This document shows positions 22,821 to 32,000 of a DNA stretch of 32,000 nucleotides, one piece after another. The stretch comes from Candidatus Thorarchaeota archaeon (lineage in GTDB: Archaea > Asgardarchaeota > Heimdallarchaeia > Hodarchaeales > Hodarchaeaceae). Position 1 is the first letter of the stretch. Every line of letters starts with the position of its first letter. The stretch covers positions 30,001 to 62,000 of the forward strand of contig JBHLRO010000009.1 in assembly GCA_048882505.1 (NCBI GenBank), given 5' to 3'. A program made the position numbers and the translations under genes. The notes beneath the pieces are model-generated. The model was not told where the DNA came from and searched no databases. It saw nothing but the letters and a program-made list of their open reading frames with translations.

Positions 22821-24560
22821 TTAATCTGGCTCATATCGTCCTGCTGATGGCCAGACGCCCCAAAGGTGGAGCCGAACCTTCTTGAACGCCTTGGGGAGAT
22901 AATAAGCAAAAGGAATACCAATTGATACGTATATAAGAAATTTCGCCTTTATTAGATCCTCCGCGCCCCATGCATAACCCAAACCCAGGATTTCTTGCAG
23001 TACAAACAGGGCAAAGGTTTCAGTAAGAAAAAATATCCCTGAGGCGATAAGACCGAAAATAAAGATGACTAGAAGACCAAGAGCCATTATGATATCCCCT
23101 CCGGTGGAAAAAAACAGTTGGCCCAGATAATCGATCTTTCCTATATAATTGGTTAATGTTCCAAGCCCAAATGTGATCCACTGGCTGACTATGTCTGTTC
23201 CAAGCGGCAAGGCCGAAGAAATCCCTTCAATGAAGCTACCCCCCCATCCGAGACTTGAGGGAATTAATACCCATGCTAGAGCGAAAAGTATCCCGATGAC
23301 GACGGCTCTTTTCTGATCCTTGGTTGCTCTTGCCAAGCCATATGGCATGTAACGTAGAGTCAATATCAGGAGGATTGCAAAAGCTAGGATGTCTAGCCCC
23401 TGTATGTCTTGAAAGACATTTCCAAGAAAAAGGTTGGTAAGAATTGTTAGGAGAAACGCACCGATAACTCCACCAGAAATTGATCCGATCCCTCCAATAA
23501 CACACATGATAATGATGCTGAAGGAAAAGGAAGGTTCGAACATACTGGGGCCAACGTGCCTTAGATATTGAGCATACATTCCACCAGCGATGCCCGCAAA
23601 AAAAGCACTACCAGCAAACGCCAAAATTTTGTAAAATTCCGTGTTGATTCCTAGTGATTCAGCAGCATCTTCTTCTTCTCGAATAGATTGAAAGACAAGG
23701 CCGATCCTCGAATAAGCTATCAACATCATTACCCCAACTGAAACGAACAAAATAATTATCGTCAAGATATAGAAATTCAGCTCATTAATCTCGCCTGCAC
23801 GTGCTGCGAGATCTTGGGGAAGATCAGATGGAGCGAGTCTATCAATAATGAATGGGCCTGTAATAAATGGGATTCCGTAGCTCGGCCCAAATAGCTCTGT
23901 AAATATTACCACTATTTGCGAAGCAATTAGGGGAAGAAGTAAGGTCACCAAGGCCAGATATGGCCCTTTTACACGTAAGGCAATTATACCGATGATTGTG
24001 GCGAAGAGGGCTGAAATAATCCCCCCGTAAATCAGACCTTCTAGTGCTTCTCTTTGAAAAGTTGTCCCTAGGATGCCCTGAAGGAGCAGGTTAACGAGTG
24101 AAATAACAATTTCCAGAATTTGGTCCAGTATAGGTATACCCAGAGGAACATAAATTAAACCGACTGAAAAGCCGGAACCAACCCAGAAAGTTACATAGGC
24201 CGCTAATCCCCAGAAGATCGCGTGACCAAAGCTCACCTGACCAGTGTATCCAGATAAGAAGTCCCAAGAAGCTGCAAAAATTGCCCATATTGCACAAAGC
24301 GAAAGAATGTTGAGAATATACGCATTATTCCCAAATAACCCCAAGGATCTTCCCAAAGCATAAATATTGCTAATGATTGGTATGTTACCTCCGCCGAAAA
24401 ATGAATTCAAAAATGCAAAAGGTGGTGGAAGCCGCGCGCCGGGAGTTACGATGATTAATGGAAAGAGAAAGAGCAAAGAAACCCCTATGATGTAATAGCC
24501 TCGGTCACGAATATCATCCCAGATGTCCTCGAGTTTTTCAATTACTTTGTCTTTCTCCAT
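22821..24560 (-). CDS. livM: HAAT ABC transporter permease (unusually long, 579 aa)
   Basis: GYTGQVSFGHA, LRVKGPYLALVTL, SIREEEDAAESLGIN, IGGIGSISG. Confidence 0.88.
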   Translation of the reverse strand: MEKDKVIEKLEDIWDDIRDRGYYIIGVSLLFLFPLIIVTPGARLPPPFAFLNSFFGGGNIPIISNIYALGRSLGLFGNNAYILNILSLCAIWAIFAASWDFLSGYTGQVSFGHAIFWGLAAYVTFWVGSGFSVGLIYVPLGIPILDQILEIVISLVNLLLQGILGTTFQREALEGLIYGGIISALFATIIGIIALRVKGPYLALVTLLLPLIASQIVVIFTELFGPSYGIPFITGPFIIDRLAPSDLPQDLAARAGEINELNFYILTIIILFVSVGVMMLIAYSRIGLVFQSIREEEDAAESLGINTEFYKILAFAGSAFFAGIAGGMYAQYLRHVGPSMFEPSFSFSIIIMCVIGGIGSISGGVIGAFLLTILTNLFLGNVFQDIQGLDILAFAILLILTLRYMPYGLARATKDQKRAVVIGILFALAWVLIPSSLGWGGSFIEGISSALPLGTDIVSQWITFGLGTLTNYIGKIDYLGQLFFSTGGDIIMALGLLVIFIFGLIASGIFFLTETFALFVLQEILGLGYAWGAEDLIKAKFLIYVSIGIPFAYYLPKAFKKVRLHLWGVWPSAGRYEPD

Positions 24561-24562
24561 TC

Positions 24563-26020
24563 TTAGGCCTCTAATTCCTTTCTCTCGCCAAAGATTCCTT
24601 CAGGTTTTACAATCATTACAATGAGCACTACAATAAGGGGGATGGCCCAAGATAATGTTGCCAGATCAGGTAAGCTACTCACAATAACTACGGCATAGGC
24701 AAGGATAATTGACGCAACAATACTTCCAGGGAGACTTCCAAGCCCTCCAACAGTCACAATGGCAATAGCAATAATTAACACCCACCAACCCATAAAAGGA
24801 CCAAATTGGGGTTTTGCGGTGAAAGGTGAGGTTAATACGGCCGCAAAACTAATCAGGGCTACTCCTATCCCAGAAACAATGGCCGTGGATTTTCGTATAT
24901 CAATCCCAGACAGCGCTGCTGCCTCCTCATCCTGAGAGACGGCCCTTAATGCCGCACCCATTTTGGTTTTCCAAATAAAAAGATAAAGGAGAAGAACAGC
25001 AACGACTACGAAAAGAAAGGCATAAATCTGAACTTCCTTAATGAGGGCCCCGTAGATGTTTATGACATTGCCTTGAGGAACGATTGTATCATAAGAGATT
25101 CCAAGCTTTATTTCACCGAAGCGTACAAGCTCATTACCTCCCCTAGGAAAATAGATTATCTGTATTATACTTTGAAGCACGAGTGCCAATGAAAAAGTGA
25201 CTATAAGGACATTTACGTGACTGTATCTAACTTTTTCCAATAAATAGCGATCAGAAATCATGGCCAAAAAAGCGGTTAATGATATAGAAAGCACCATCAA
25301 TGCAATATATTCGGAAGAAATCCCCAGAAAGTTAATTACTACCGATGCTGTCGCAAGACCAAACATTCCGATAATAACCTTTGGTTCTGGCAGTTCCAAA
25401 TACAATAAAGCAAAACCTAGCAGAAGTATTGCGGCCCCTATTGAGAATCCTTGTCTTAATAGCCGTTCTAAGGTTCCTAACGAAACCACGAAACCCGCTC
25501 GTCTTAACGAATCCTGCAGAACATGGCCGGCAATAGCCACCAATACCGAAAAGACAACGAACATAAAATGACGAAAATTGAGCCTTCTCCAAAACAGTGT
25601 TAAGGCTGCGATCACAACAATTAGGGGGAGATAGGCTATTAATATGAAAATAAATCCATCAATGGTTCCCGATTCAGTCAGTACGGATATTGCTGTATTT
25701 GGAGACGGAACGATAGCTCGTGCTTCAATCAGAAAAAACATTGCATACGCCGCTACAACATAGTACCCACCGATAGAAAGCTTTAATTGTTTGGCAATCC
25801 CGAAGATTAAAGAAAAACCGAGGGCAATCGTAGAATAGATGGCACTGAGGACTGCTCCATTCATAAAGATTTGAAGGGTAAGCCCAAAAGATCTGTGAAC
25901 GAATAAAAGTTGATATAGTAGAATCCCCAAATAAATCAGAAAGATGGAAGCCACACCTGCAATGAGACGATATTCTTTCTGTATGTATTCCAGAGAGGAT
26001 GATAAAGTGCCTGTACTCAT
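24563..26020 (-). CDS. livH: HAAT ABC transporter permease (unusually long, 485 aa)
   Basis: IALGFSLIFG, KTKMGAALRAVSQDEEAAALSGID, VGGLGSLPG. Confidence 0.88.
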   Translation of the reverse strand: MSTGTLSSSLEYIQKEYRLIAGVASIFLIYLGILLYQLLFVHRSFGLTLQIFMNGAVLSAIYSTIALGFSLIFGIAKQLKLSIGGYYVVAAYAMFFLIEARAIVPSPNTAISVLTESGTIDGFIFILIAYLPLIVVIAALTLFWRRLNFRHFMFVVFSVLVAIAGHVLQDSLRRAGFVVSLGTLERLLRQGFSIGAAILLLGFALLYLELPEPKVIIGMFGLATASVVINFLGISSEYIALMVLSISLTAFLAMISDRYLLEKVRYSHVNVLIVTFSLALVLQSIIQIIYFPRGGNELVRFGEIKLGISYDTIVPQGNVINIYGALIKEVQIYAFLFVVVAVLLLYLFIWKTKMGAALRAVSQDEEAAALSGIDIRKSTAIVSGIGVALISFAAVLTSPFTAKPQFGPFMGWWVLIIAIAIVTVGGLGSLPGSIVASIILAYAVVIVSSLPDLATLSWAIPLIVVLIVMIVKPEGIFGERKELEA

Positions 26021-26174
26021 ATGTAATCACGTTCTTCAATTGATATAGCTGCTGCGGAGAATAAACTTAAACTAGGGTATTTCGAACAATTTGTGCCTTT
26101 ATTGGATATTACCAAGCGTCTGATCGTTATCGAGACATTTATCCTAGATGAGGTTTGATAGGTTCTCTAAAATC

Positions 26175-26197
26175 AAAAAAAGGGGGAAAAAGAAAGA
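26175..26197 (-). terminator. T-rich terminator/attenuation element between livK and livH
   Basis: Minus strand TCTTTCTTTTTCCCCCTTTTTTT about 17-40 nt after the livK stop. Confidence 0.5.
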
Positions 26198-26213
26198 ACA
26201 CAGGTTCTTAGTG

Positions 26214-27776
26214 TTACTTTCTTCTTTTGTTCTTGCTTAAAAGAACTGCACTGGTACACACAATTAGGACCAGCAGAAATCCAAAACTTGGAGTTGGTTC
26301 CGTTGCTGATACCCAACCATGTTCACTGTGGACAATCGGCCATTCCATTTTCTCGGTGAGGTTCTCGGTCAATGGTACGGAAGTACCATTGAACCAAATG
26401 GTTCTTTTAACTCCACCTTTCTGCCACTGTGCCATATACCCTGTAGCATACGGTTGACCACGAACTCCAACGGTAAGTGGCGTGTACAGATCGTGCACCG
26501 TTAAATTTGTTGGAACACCGGGTATTACGTACCTTGAACCGTTGTCGTAATATGCCACCTGCCCGTAGGGGTATCCAAAAATGGGATGGGTCCAAACGTT
26601 GGGTTCACTTGTAAATTTAATTCTGGCCACAATACCTTGATAGTCCGTATCTAGCAATTCAGCTTGAACTGCCTCACTATCTACAGTGCCAGCCCTGACG
26701 ATTGCCTCTTTTAAGAGCATGACAGCATCGTATGCTGCAACAGCGGTGTAAGTAGGCGTTTCTCCATATTCCGCTAAATATGCATCCCTGTAGTCATTTA
26801 GAGCAGGAATATGCTTTAAGTCTGGTGGTGCTGTTTCGTATTCAATCTCTCCATAACAGGCGCCTTGAGTCTCATCAAAGTAGGTACTGGCTTGGGACTC
26901 AACGTTAATCCCAGCTAAAATCTGGGTCATGTTTAGAGCTGCCCAGGCTTTAGGTACATTGGCACCTACAGGACCTGAGAAAATTTCCATGATAGCATTA
27001 ACATTTAAAACTTTTCCAGAGCCAAGATATCCAGTGGGGTATTTCCCTTCTGTCATTCCTGACTTAATGGGTGTCATGGCCGAACTAACAGCATCTAAAT
27101 CGGATGTAACTGGAATAACAATGTCAGATGTGAAATTAAGGACAGGAAGTCCGACGTACGTAGGCAGATAGTAATTGAGATAGAATTTTAGACCAGTGCT
27201 CATTGCTAGGCTCCACGCGGCCTCTTCACGAACGATGGTTACGTTTTTCACGCTTTTTTGGGGAGCTAAGCCGAATGCATAGAAATCGAGTAGGGCTCGA
27301 GTAAGTTCTGAGCCATTGGTAGGGCTAACTCGCCAAAAATATGGCGTGATAATCGGGGCAGTTGAACCTAGTCCCAGAAATGGACGATTCAGGAGCGTCT
27401 GGAGCTGTACAACTACTTCGGTTCGGAATCCACCGATAATAGCAAGGACATCGTCTTGTTGTTGCAGTTTATTCATTGAGAGGGTTCCAGTAGCAGGGTC
27501 TGGTAGACCAGTATTGGGATCCGATGTTGTTTCGATTATTAAATCGAAGTCATATGTGGTTCCTCCAACAGTGAAACCACCATCATCCGTGATATCCTTG
27601 ACAGCTAATTTGAGTCCTTTCTCCATGTCCTTTCCAGGGGTAATCTCAAGCGGACCAAGCCCACCAATCTTAATTTTGGTATTTTGTTGGACATTCGCTA
27701 CTCCAAGGTTTAGCATAGACGATATCCCTAGACTAGCAATTACCAACATAATAAAATACAAGGATTTCTTCTTCAT
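26214..27776 (-). CDS. livK: HAAT ABC transporter substrate-binding protein with signal peptide and C-terminal membrane anchor
   Basis: Signal peptide, IKIGGLGPL, IIGGFRTE, AAYDAV, AIVRAGTVDSEAV; C-terminal TEPTPSFG-TM-KRRK. Confidence 0.88.
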   Translation of the reverse strand: MKKKSLYFIMLVIASLGISSMLNLGVANVQQNTKIKIGGLGPLEITPGKDMEKGLKLAVKDITDDGGFTVGGTTYDFDLIIETTSDPNTGLPDPATGTLSMNKLQQQDDVLAIIGGFRTEVVVQLQTLLNRPFLGLGSTAPIITPYFWRVSPTNGSELTRALLDFYAFGLAPQKSVKNVTIVREEAAWSLAMSTGLKFYLNYYLPTYVGLPVLNFTSDIVIPVTSDLDAVSSAMTPIKSGMTEGKYPTGYLGSGKVLNVNAIMEIFSGPVGANVPKAWAALNMTQILAGINVESQASTYFDETQGACYGEIEYETAPPDLKHIPALNDYRDAYLAEYGETPTYTAVAAYDAVMLLKEAIVRAGTVDSEAVQAELLDTDYQGIVARIKFTSEPNVWTHPIFGYPYGQVAYYDNGSRYVIPGVPTNLTVHDLYTPLTVGVRGQPYATGYMAQWQKGGVKRTIWFNGTSVPLTENLTEKMEWPIVHSEHGWVSATEPTPSFGFLLVLIVCTSAVLLSKNKRRK

Positions 27777-28020
27777 TTTCTGTCACATTTTGTATCCTGA
27801 AGTATTTGCACAGATCTCAGATTTTTTTGATCTTTTGATGTCACTGCAAATAATCATAGATTAAGTTAATAGGTGATTTTTGAATGTTTCTATCGAACTT
27901 GTCAAAATACAACGTACGCAGCTATTCGACACTATTTACGCAAATTCAAAGCATATCCCAAATACCACAGATGAAAGATCATTTTGATGGCTTTTAAATT
28001 AGATTGAAAGTCAATTATGG

Positions 28021-28035
28021 CAACTCAATGAGTTG
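28021..28035. promoter_or_regulatory. 7-1-7 inverted repeat CAACTCA-A-TGAGTTG in the divergent liv/fadD intergenic region
   Basis: Direct reading. Lies near the middle of a ~500-bp divergent spacer. Confidence 0.35.
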
Positions 28036-28272
28036 GGAACATCTTTGAGTTACTTATCACTCGCGTTTCGGTATTTTTCTTCGTGGAATGCCTTTTCTTG
28101 GTCCGAATAGTTCACATATGGAGGTTATCATCCTGATTTTCCCTGAAAATCCATTTTTAGACCGATTATCCACTTGTTTCAACTATGATTCATATGACAT
28201 TGCATTTGAATGGAGCACAATTCTTAAAATTGGTCGCACGACACATCATATCTATTAAGGTGACTGAGATCT

Positions 28273-30027
28273 ATGGAACCAATCTTAGATTTATCCGATC
28301 GACAATGGTTTAAAGCAGGTTTATGGCCAGAGGAAACCCCTAAACATATGGAATATCCCGAAGATTTCCCTATCTGGAAATATCTGGAAGAATCTGCATA
28401 TACGAATCCTGATAATGTGGCGACAATATTTTTCGATGCAAAAATTACATATAAAGAGTTATGGGAAAGAGTGTTACGATTTGCTGATTCCTTACAGAAA
28501 CTGGGTATTAAGAAGGGGGACAGAATCGGAATCTACCTACCTAACTGCCCACAATTTGTAATTTCGTTTTTTGCAATCAATCGATTAGGAGCTACTATTG
28601 TTCCGTTTAATACGCAATACGTTGACCATGAATTGACTTATCAGCTGAATGATTCTGGAGCTCGAACCATCATTACCATAGATATCACCTATGGGCGGGT
28701 ACGAAATCTTAGGAAGCGTGGAAAGGCCGAACTGGATCACATTATTGTAGCTTCTTTGCATGATGAATTACCTACTTCAAAACGGATTCTCGGTATCCTG
28801 ACTGGAAAATTGCCGCTTAGAAAGAGAATAAATCCAGAGGATCTCTCATTTAATGCCCTAATTAGGGACGGAAACCCTGAAAATGTTCCTGATGTCCCAA
28901 TTAATCCGAAGGAAGACCTTGCACTCATCCAATATACAGGTGGAACCACGGGCGTCAGCAAGGGAACAATGTTAACTCACTTTAATGTCATTAGCAATCA
29001 GATTCAAACCCATGCACTCTACTATCCTCCTGCAAGGCACGGTATGGAAACTTGGGTGGTTGTGCTTCCCTTGTTCCACATTTATGCCTTGAACGTGTGT
29101 ATGATTGCCTCGATAGCGTTTGCAGGAAAGATGATTCTAATCACAGATCCTTTGGCAGGGAGACCAATCTTACAGGATCTCCTGGAAACCCTAGCAAAAT
29201 ATAAACCAACATATTTCCACGCAGTTCCAAGCCTGTATCTCGGTTTATGCTTTCATAAAGATATAAAAGACTATGACCTAACGTCAATCAACGCCTGCCT
29301 ATCTGGAGCCGCTCCTCTGCCAGAACAGGTCATGTATAATTTTGAGGAACTCACAGGAGCGAACGTTGTTGAAGGATACGGACTAACAGAGACTAGCCCT
29401 GTAACTCATGTGAATCCCTTTACTCCAGGAGGAAAACGTGCGGGCAGTATCGGTTTTCCAATTCCAGATACAGATGCTCGAATATTTGACCTAAAAGACG
29501 GAAATAAGGAATTGCCGATCGGAGAAGGCAACGAAGGGGAGATTGGGATTAAGGGCCCTCAGGTAATGAAGGGATACTGGAACAAGCCTGAAGAAACCAA
29601 GAACACCTTCAATGATTCGGGGTACTTCTTAACGGGAGATGTAGGGTACATTGATGAAGATGGCTATTTCTATATTACTGGCCGAAAAAAGAACATGATT
29701 GACGTGTCTGGGCTAAAGGTATACCCGCGAGAAGTTGAGGAGTTAATCATTGAACATCCGGCAATTCAAGAGGTTGCAGTGATAGGGATTCCTCATAAGA
29801 TAAAAGGCGAGGAAGTTGCTGCATTCGTTGTCCTGAAGGATGACGAGACAGCTTCTTCGGAAGAAATTATAGAATTTTGTAAAGGCCGAATTGCCCGTTT
29901 CAAAGTCCCACGAAAGGTTTTCTTCATCGATGAGTTACCGAAATCGGCGATTGGCAAGGTGTTGCACAGAGAGCTTCGCGACGAAGTATGGAAAAAGGCC
30001 GGCCGAAAGCGATCAATTGCTGGCTAA
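28273..30027 (+). CDS. fadD: Long-chain fatty acid-CoA ligase (AMP-binding family)
   Basis: YTGGTTGVSKG, PLFH, SGAAPL, EGYGLTETSP, TGDVG, RKKNMI, KSAIGK. RBS AGGTGA. Confidence 0.92.
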   Translation: MEPILDLSDRQWFKAGLWPEETPKHMEYPEDFPIWKYLEESAYTNPDNVATIFFDAKITYKELWERVLRFADSLQKLGIKKGDRIGIYLPNCPQFVISFFAINRLGATIVPFNTQYVDHELTYQLNDSGARTIITIDITYGRVRNLRKRGKAELDHIIVASLHDELPTSKRILGILTGKLPLRKRINPEDLSFNALIRDGNPENVPDVPINPKEDLALIQYTGGTTGVSKGTMLTHFNVISNQIQTHALYYPPARHGMETWVVVLPLFHIYALNVCMIASIAFAGKMILITDPLAGRPILQDLLETLAKYKPTYFHAVPSLYLGLCFHKDIKDYDLTSINACLSGAAPLPEQVMYNFEELTGANVVEGYGLTETSPVTHVNPFTPGGKRAGSIGFPIPDTDARIFDLKDGNKELPIGEGNEGEIGIKGPQVMKGYWNKPEETKNTFNDSGYFLTGDVGYIDEDGYFYITGRKKNMIDVSGLKVYPREVEELIIEHPAIQEVAVIGIPHKIKGEEVAAFVVLKDDETASSEEIIEFCKGRIARFKVPRKVFFIDELPKSAIGKVLHRELRDEVWKKAGRKRSIAG

Positions 30028-30057
30028 TTTTTAAACCTGATTTCGGGATAGGTCTCG

Positions 30058-30930
30058 ATGCATGAGCTGCTTTCCCATGCAAGTGGGGACATTCTCGAAT
30101 TTCGTTGGGCAAGTGATCTTGAGATCTTTCGATTTCCATACTGGGCTCCATGTTACTTGATTGATGGCCTACTCATTGATACAGGAGCCCCAGGTGGAGA
30201 CGAGGAATACTCCAGATTTTTTCGCAATCATGAAATCACTCAGTGTGTATTAACACATTCACACGAAGATCATGCAGGTAATGTTCACATCCTAAATAAG
30301 CTAGAAGTTCCAGTTTATGCTCATAAGGATGCCGTACCTTTATTGACCGAAGGTTTTACTTACCCAGAGTATCGAGCCCTGGCATGGGGATCAGAGGTTC
30401 GTCCGGGCAAAGTTAAAGCGATTCCCAAGGAGGCGATTAAAACTCAAGAAAAAGGATATTCTTTTTCCGTTATTCCAATGCCAGGGCACGCGCCCGATTT
30501 AATTGCCTTTCTCGAGAAAAACCAGCAGTGGGTGTTTGTAGCGGATTCCGTCCTGCCTAAATATAGCCAGATTTTTGATTTCTCAGATCCGCAGTATCCA
30601 CGGGGAGCGTGGATTCAAGAAGACATCTCACTGATCTATCGATCAATTTACAACCTTTCAAAAATAACCAGGGGAATGAACCGCCTGCAAATCTTCACTC
30701 AATTATGTGGAATTCAGTCTCGCAGTTTTTTGCAAACTAGATTAGAAGAGATTGAAGCTATGCACAAAAAAGCACATTATTTACATCATAACGGGTTAAC
30801 CGAAGATGAAATTCTGATTCGGTTGTTTAAGAGGGAAAGTTTTGCCGGAATAAACTCAAATGGCCATTTATCTAGAAAAAATCTGGTGAAATCTCTTTTA
30901 AAGTGGCCAAAGGAATCCGGTAAAAAATGA
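30058..30930 (+). CDS. Metallo-beta-lactamase-fold hydrolase
   Basis: LIDTG, THSHEDH (HxHxDH), PGH, and VADS motifs. Confidence 0.88.
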   Translation: MHELLSHASGDILEFRWASDLEIFRFPYWAPCYLIDGLLIDTGAPGGDEEYSRFFRNHEITQCVLTHSHEDHAGNVHILNKLEVPVYAHKDAVPLLTEGFTYPEYRALAWGSEVRPGKVKAIPKEAIKTQEKGYSFSVIPMPGHAPDLIAFLEKNQQWVFVADSVLPKYSQIFDFSDPQYPRGAWIQEDISLIYRSIYNLSKITRGMNRLQIFTQLCGIQSRSFLQTRLEEIEAMHKKAHYLHHNGLTEDEILIRLFKRESFAGINSNGHLSRKNLVKSLLKWPKESGKK

Positions 30931-30993
30931 AGTTCTAATACAAAACGTCCGACTGATCAGGACCGAATTCTAGTTTTAACGGAGCTGAAAATT

Positions 30994-32000
30994 TTGAACC
31001 TATCAGACTGGTGGATAAATCAGATAAAAAACACCTTTAGTATGGGGCACCTACCCGCGATTCAAGATTATTTACGAACCCCATCAATCTCAGCTACTGG
31101 TGAGGGGATCCGTGAGACTGCTGAAAAAACAGCACAAGCGATACAGCAGCTCGGAGCAGAGGATGTGCAAATCGTACCTACGGAGGGATGGCCCATTGTT
31201 TATGGAGAATTAATTTCAGATCATGAAAAACCAACTGTAATCTTCTACAGCATGTATGATGTTCAGCCCGTAGAGGCTGAAAAATGGCAAGTGCCTCCTT
31301 TTGGCGGAAATATTGTAGAGGATTTCGAGGGAATGGGACGCGCCCTTGTGAGTCGAGGGGTTATAAATACAAAAGGCCCAACAATGGCATTTTTCCAAAC
31401 TTTGAAAACAGTGGTGGATGCGGGCAAGGAACTGCCAGTAAATATTATCTTTGCAATTGAAGGGGAGGAGGAATTGGCCTCTGTTCACTTTCCGTCTTTC
31501 GTTCACGATTTTAAAGAGCAACTCGCGAAAGCTGATTTGGTTTATTTTCCCATTTTTAGCGAAACCATGGACGGGAGGATATTAATTTCACTGGGGGTTC
31601 GTGGAATTATCTATTTTAAAATCTGGGTTCAAGGGGGACCTTGGGGTGGACCTCAGTCTCGTAACATTCATTCATCTTTAAGTAGTTGGGTGGACTCCCC
31701 AACATGGAAACTGATTCATCTGATTTCAAAAATGCGGGCGCCTGATGGGAAGATACTAGTCCCAGGCATATATGATAATGTAAGGCCAGTATCAGAGGAA
31801 GACCGCAAAATGATCAAGGAAAGTGCGCCAAAACTCGATATTAACATCGTAAAAAAGTCTATTGACGTACATACCCTACTCACATCTGAAGCAACGGATA
31901 AGGAACTCTCAGCAGAGGAGTTAGCACTGAGATTTCTCGCACCGTGCTTAACAGTTGACGGAATCATTTCAGGAAATTCTGAAGAAAAAGGGACTAAAAC
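30994..32000 (+). CDS. M20/M25/M40 family peptidase/amidohydrolase (5' part only; runs off the right edge)
   Basis: Not in the ORF track. Hand translation from TTG 30994 (GGAG upstream; ATG 31042 alternative): ...AIQDYLRTPSISATGEG...GWPIVYGE...FYSMYDVQP...PPFGG...SRGVINTKGP...IEGEEELAS...HSS. Confidence 0.88.
   Translation, partial: MNLSDWWINQIKNTFSMGHLPAIQDYLRTPSISATGEGIRETAEKTAQAIQQLGAEDVQIVPTEGWPIVYGELISDHEKPTVIFYSMYDVQPVEAEKWQVPPFGGNIVEDFEGMGRALVSRGVINTKGPTMAFFQTLKTVVDAGKELPVNIIFAIEGEEELASVHFPSFVHDFKEQLAKADLVYFPIFSETMDGRILISLGVRGIIYFKIWVQGGPWGGPQSRNIHSSLSSWVDSPTWKLIHLISKMRAPDGKILVPGIYDNVRPVSEEDRKMIKESAPKLDINIVKKSIDVHTLLTSEATDKELSAEELALRFLAPCLTVDGIISGNSEEKGTK

Noticed and set aside
30928-30993. 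MBL hydrolase TGA is in frame with the downstream M20 ORF (possible readthrough or selenocysteine fusion)
   Set aside because: Only 21 open codons, which is plausible by chance. The M20 gene has its own GGAG + TTG start, and no SECIS-like structure or Cys-equivalent context is evident.
1-32000. CRISPR arrays, tRNA/rRNA genes, IS elements or integrases
   Set aside because: I found no regularly spaced repeat-spacer units, cloverleaf or rRNA-like segments, transposase/integrase motifs or terminal inverted repeats. Intergenic gaps are short and mostly explained by promoters and terminators. A tRNAscan/Infernal run would be the definitive check.

Overview
Archaeal chromosomal DNA, most likely from an Asgard archaeon. 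That assignment is inferred from the eukaryote-like ubiquitin machinery, TATA/BRE-type promoters, GGAGG/GGTGA ribosome-binding sites and poly-T terminators. I found no rRNA, tRNA, CRISPR array or mobile element. The main feature is a minus-strand cluster at about 3.3-8.9 kb encoding a complete ubiquitin-like conjugation and deconjugation system. It has two paralogous Ubl modifiers (both ending -STAG, with SUMO-like disordered N-tails), a Uba2/Uba3-like E1, an E2 missed by the ORF track because it has no ATG/GTG/TTG start (probable ATT start), and a JAB/MPN+ isopeptidase. It also has a ~6-TM membrane protein with a C-terminal RING-variant finger, followed by a RING-less paralog of the same membrane domain. 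A divergently transcribed tandem ribbon-helix-helix regulator sits across an intergenic region where a perfect 15-bp direct repeat brackets the TATA box. Downstream on the same strand are a Lys/Pro-rich disordered protein coupled to a parvulin PPIase, and a TPR-like protein. The architecture suggests a regulated, membrane-localised (ERAD-like) Ubl system, but that function is inference. The rest of the window is metabolic or housekeeping: Grx-TrxR fusion (partial), tmk, SAM methyltransferase, AOR plus SCP2, a secreted protein, a class II aldolase/FGGY kinase/2-hydroxyacid dehydrogenase trio, a DHH phosphoesterase, a Zn-finger/HeH/nuclease-like protein, an MFS transporter, a livKHMGF-type ABC operon, an acyl-CoA ligase, an MBL hydrolase and an M20 peptidase (partial).
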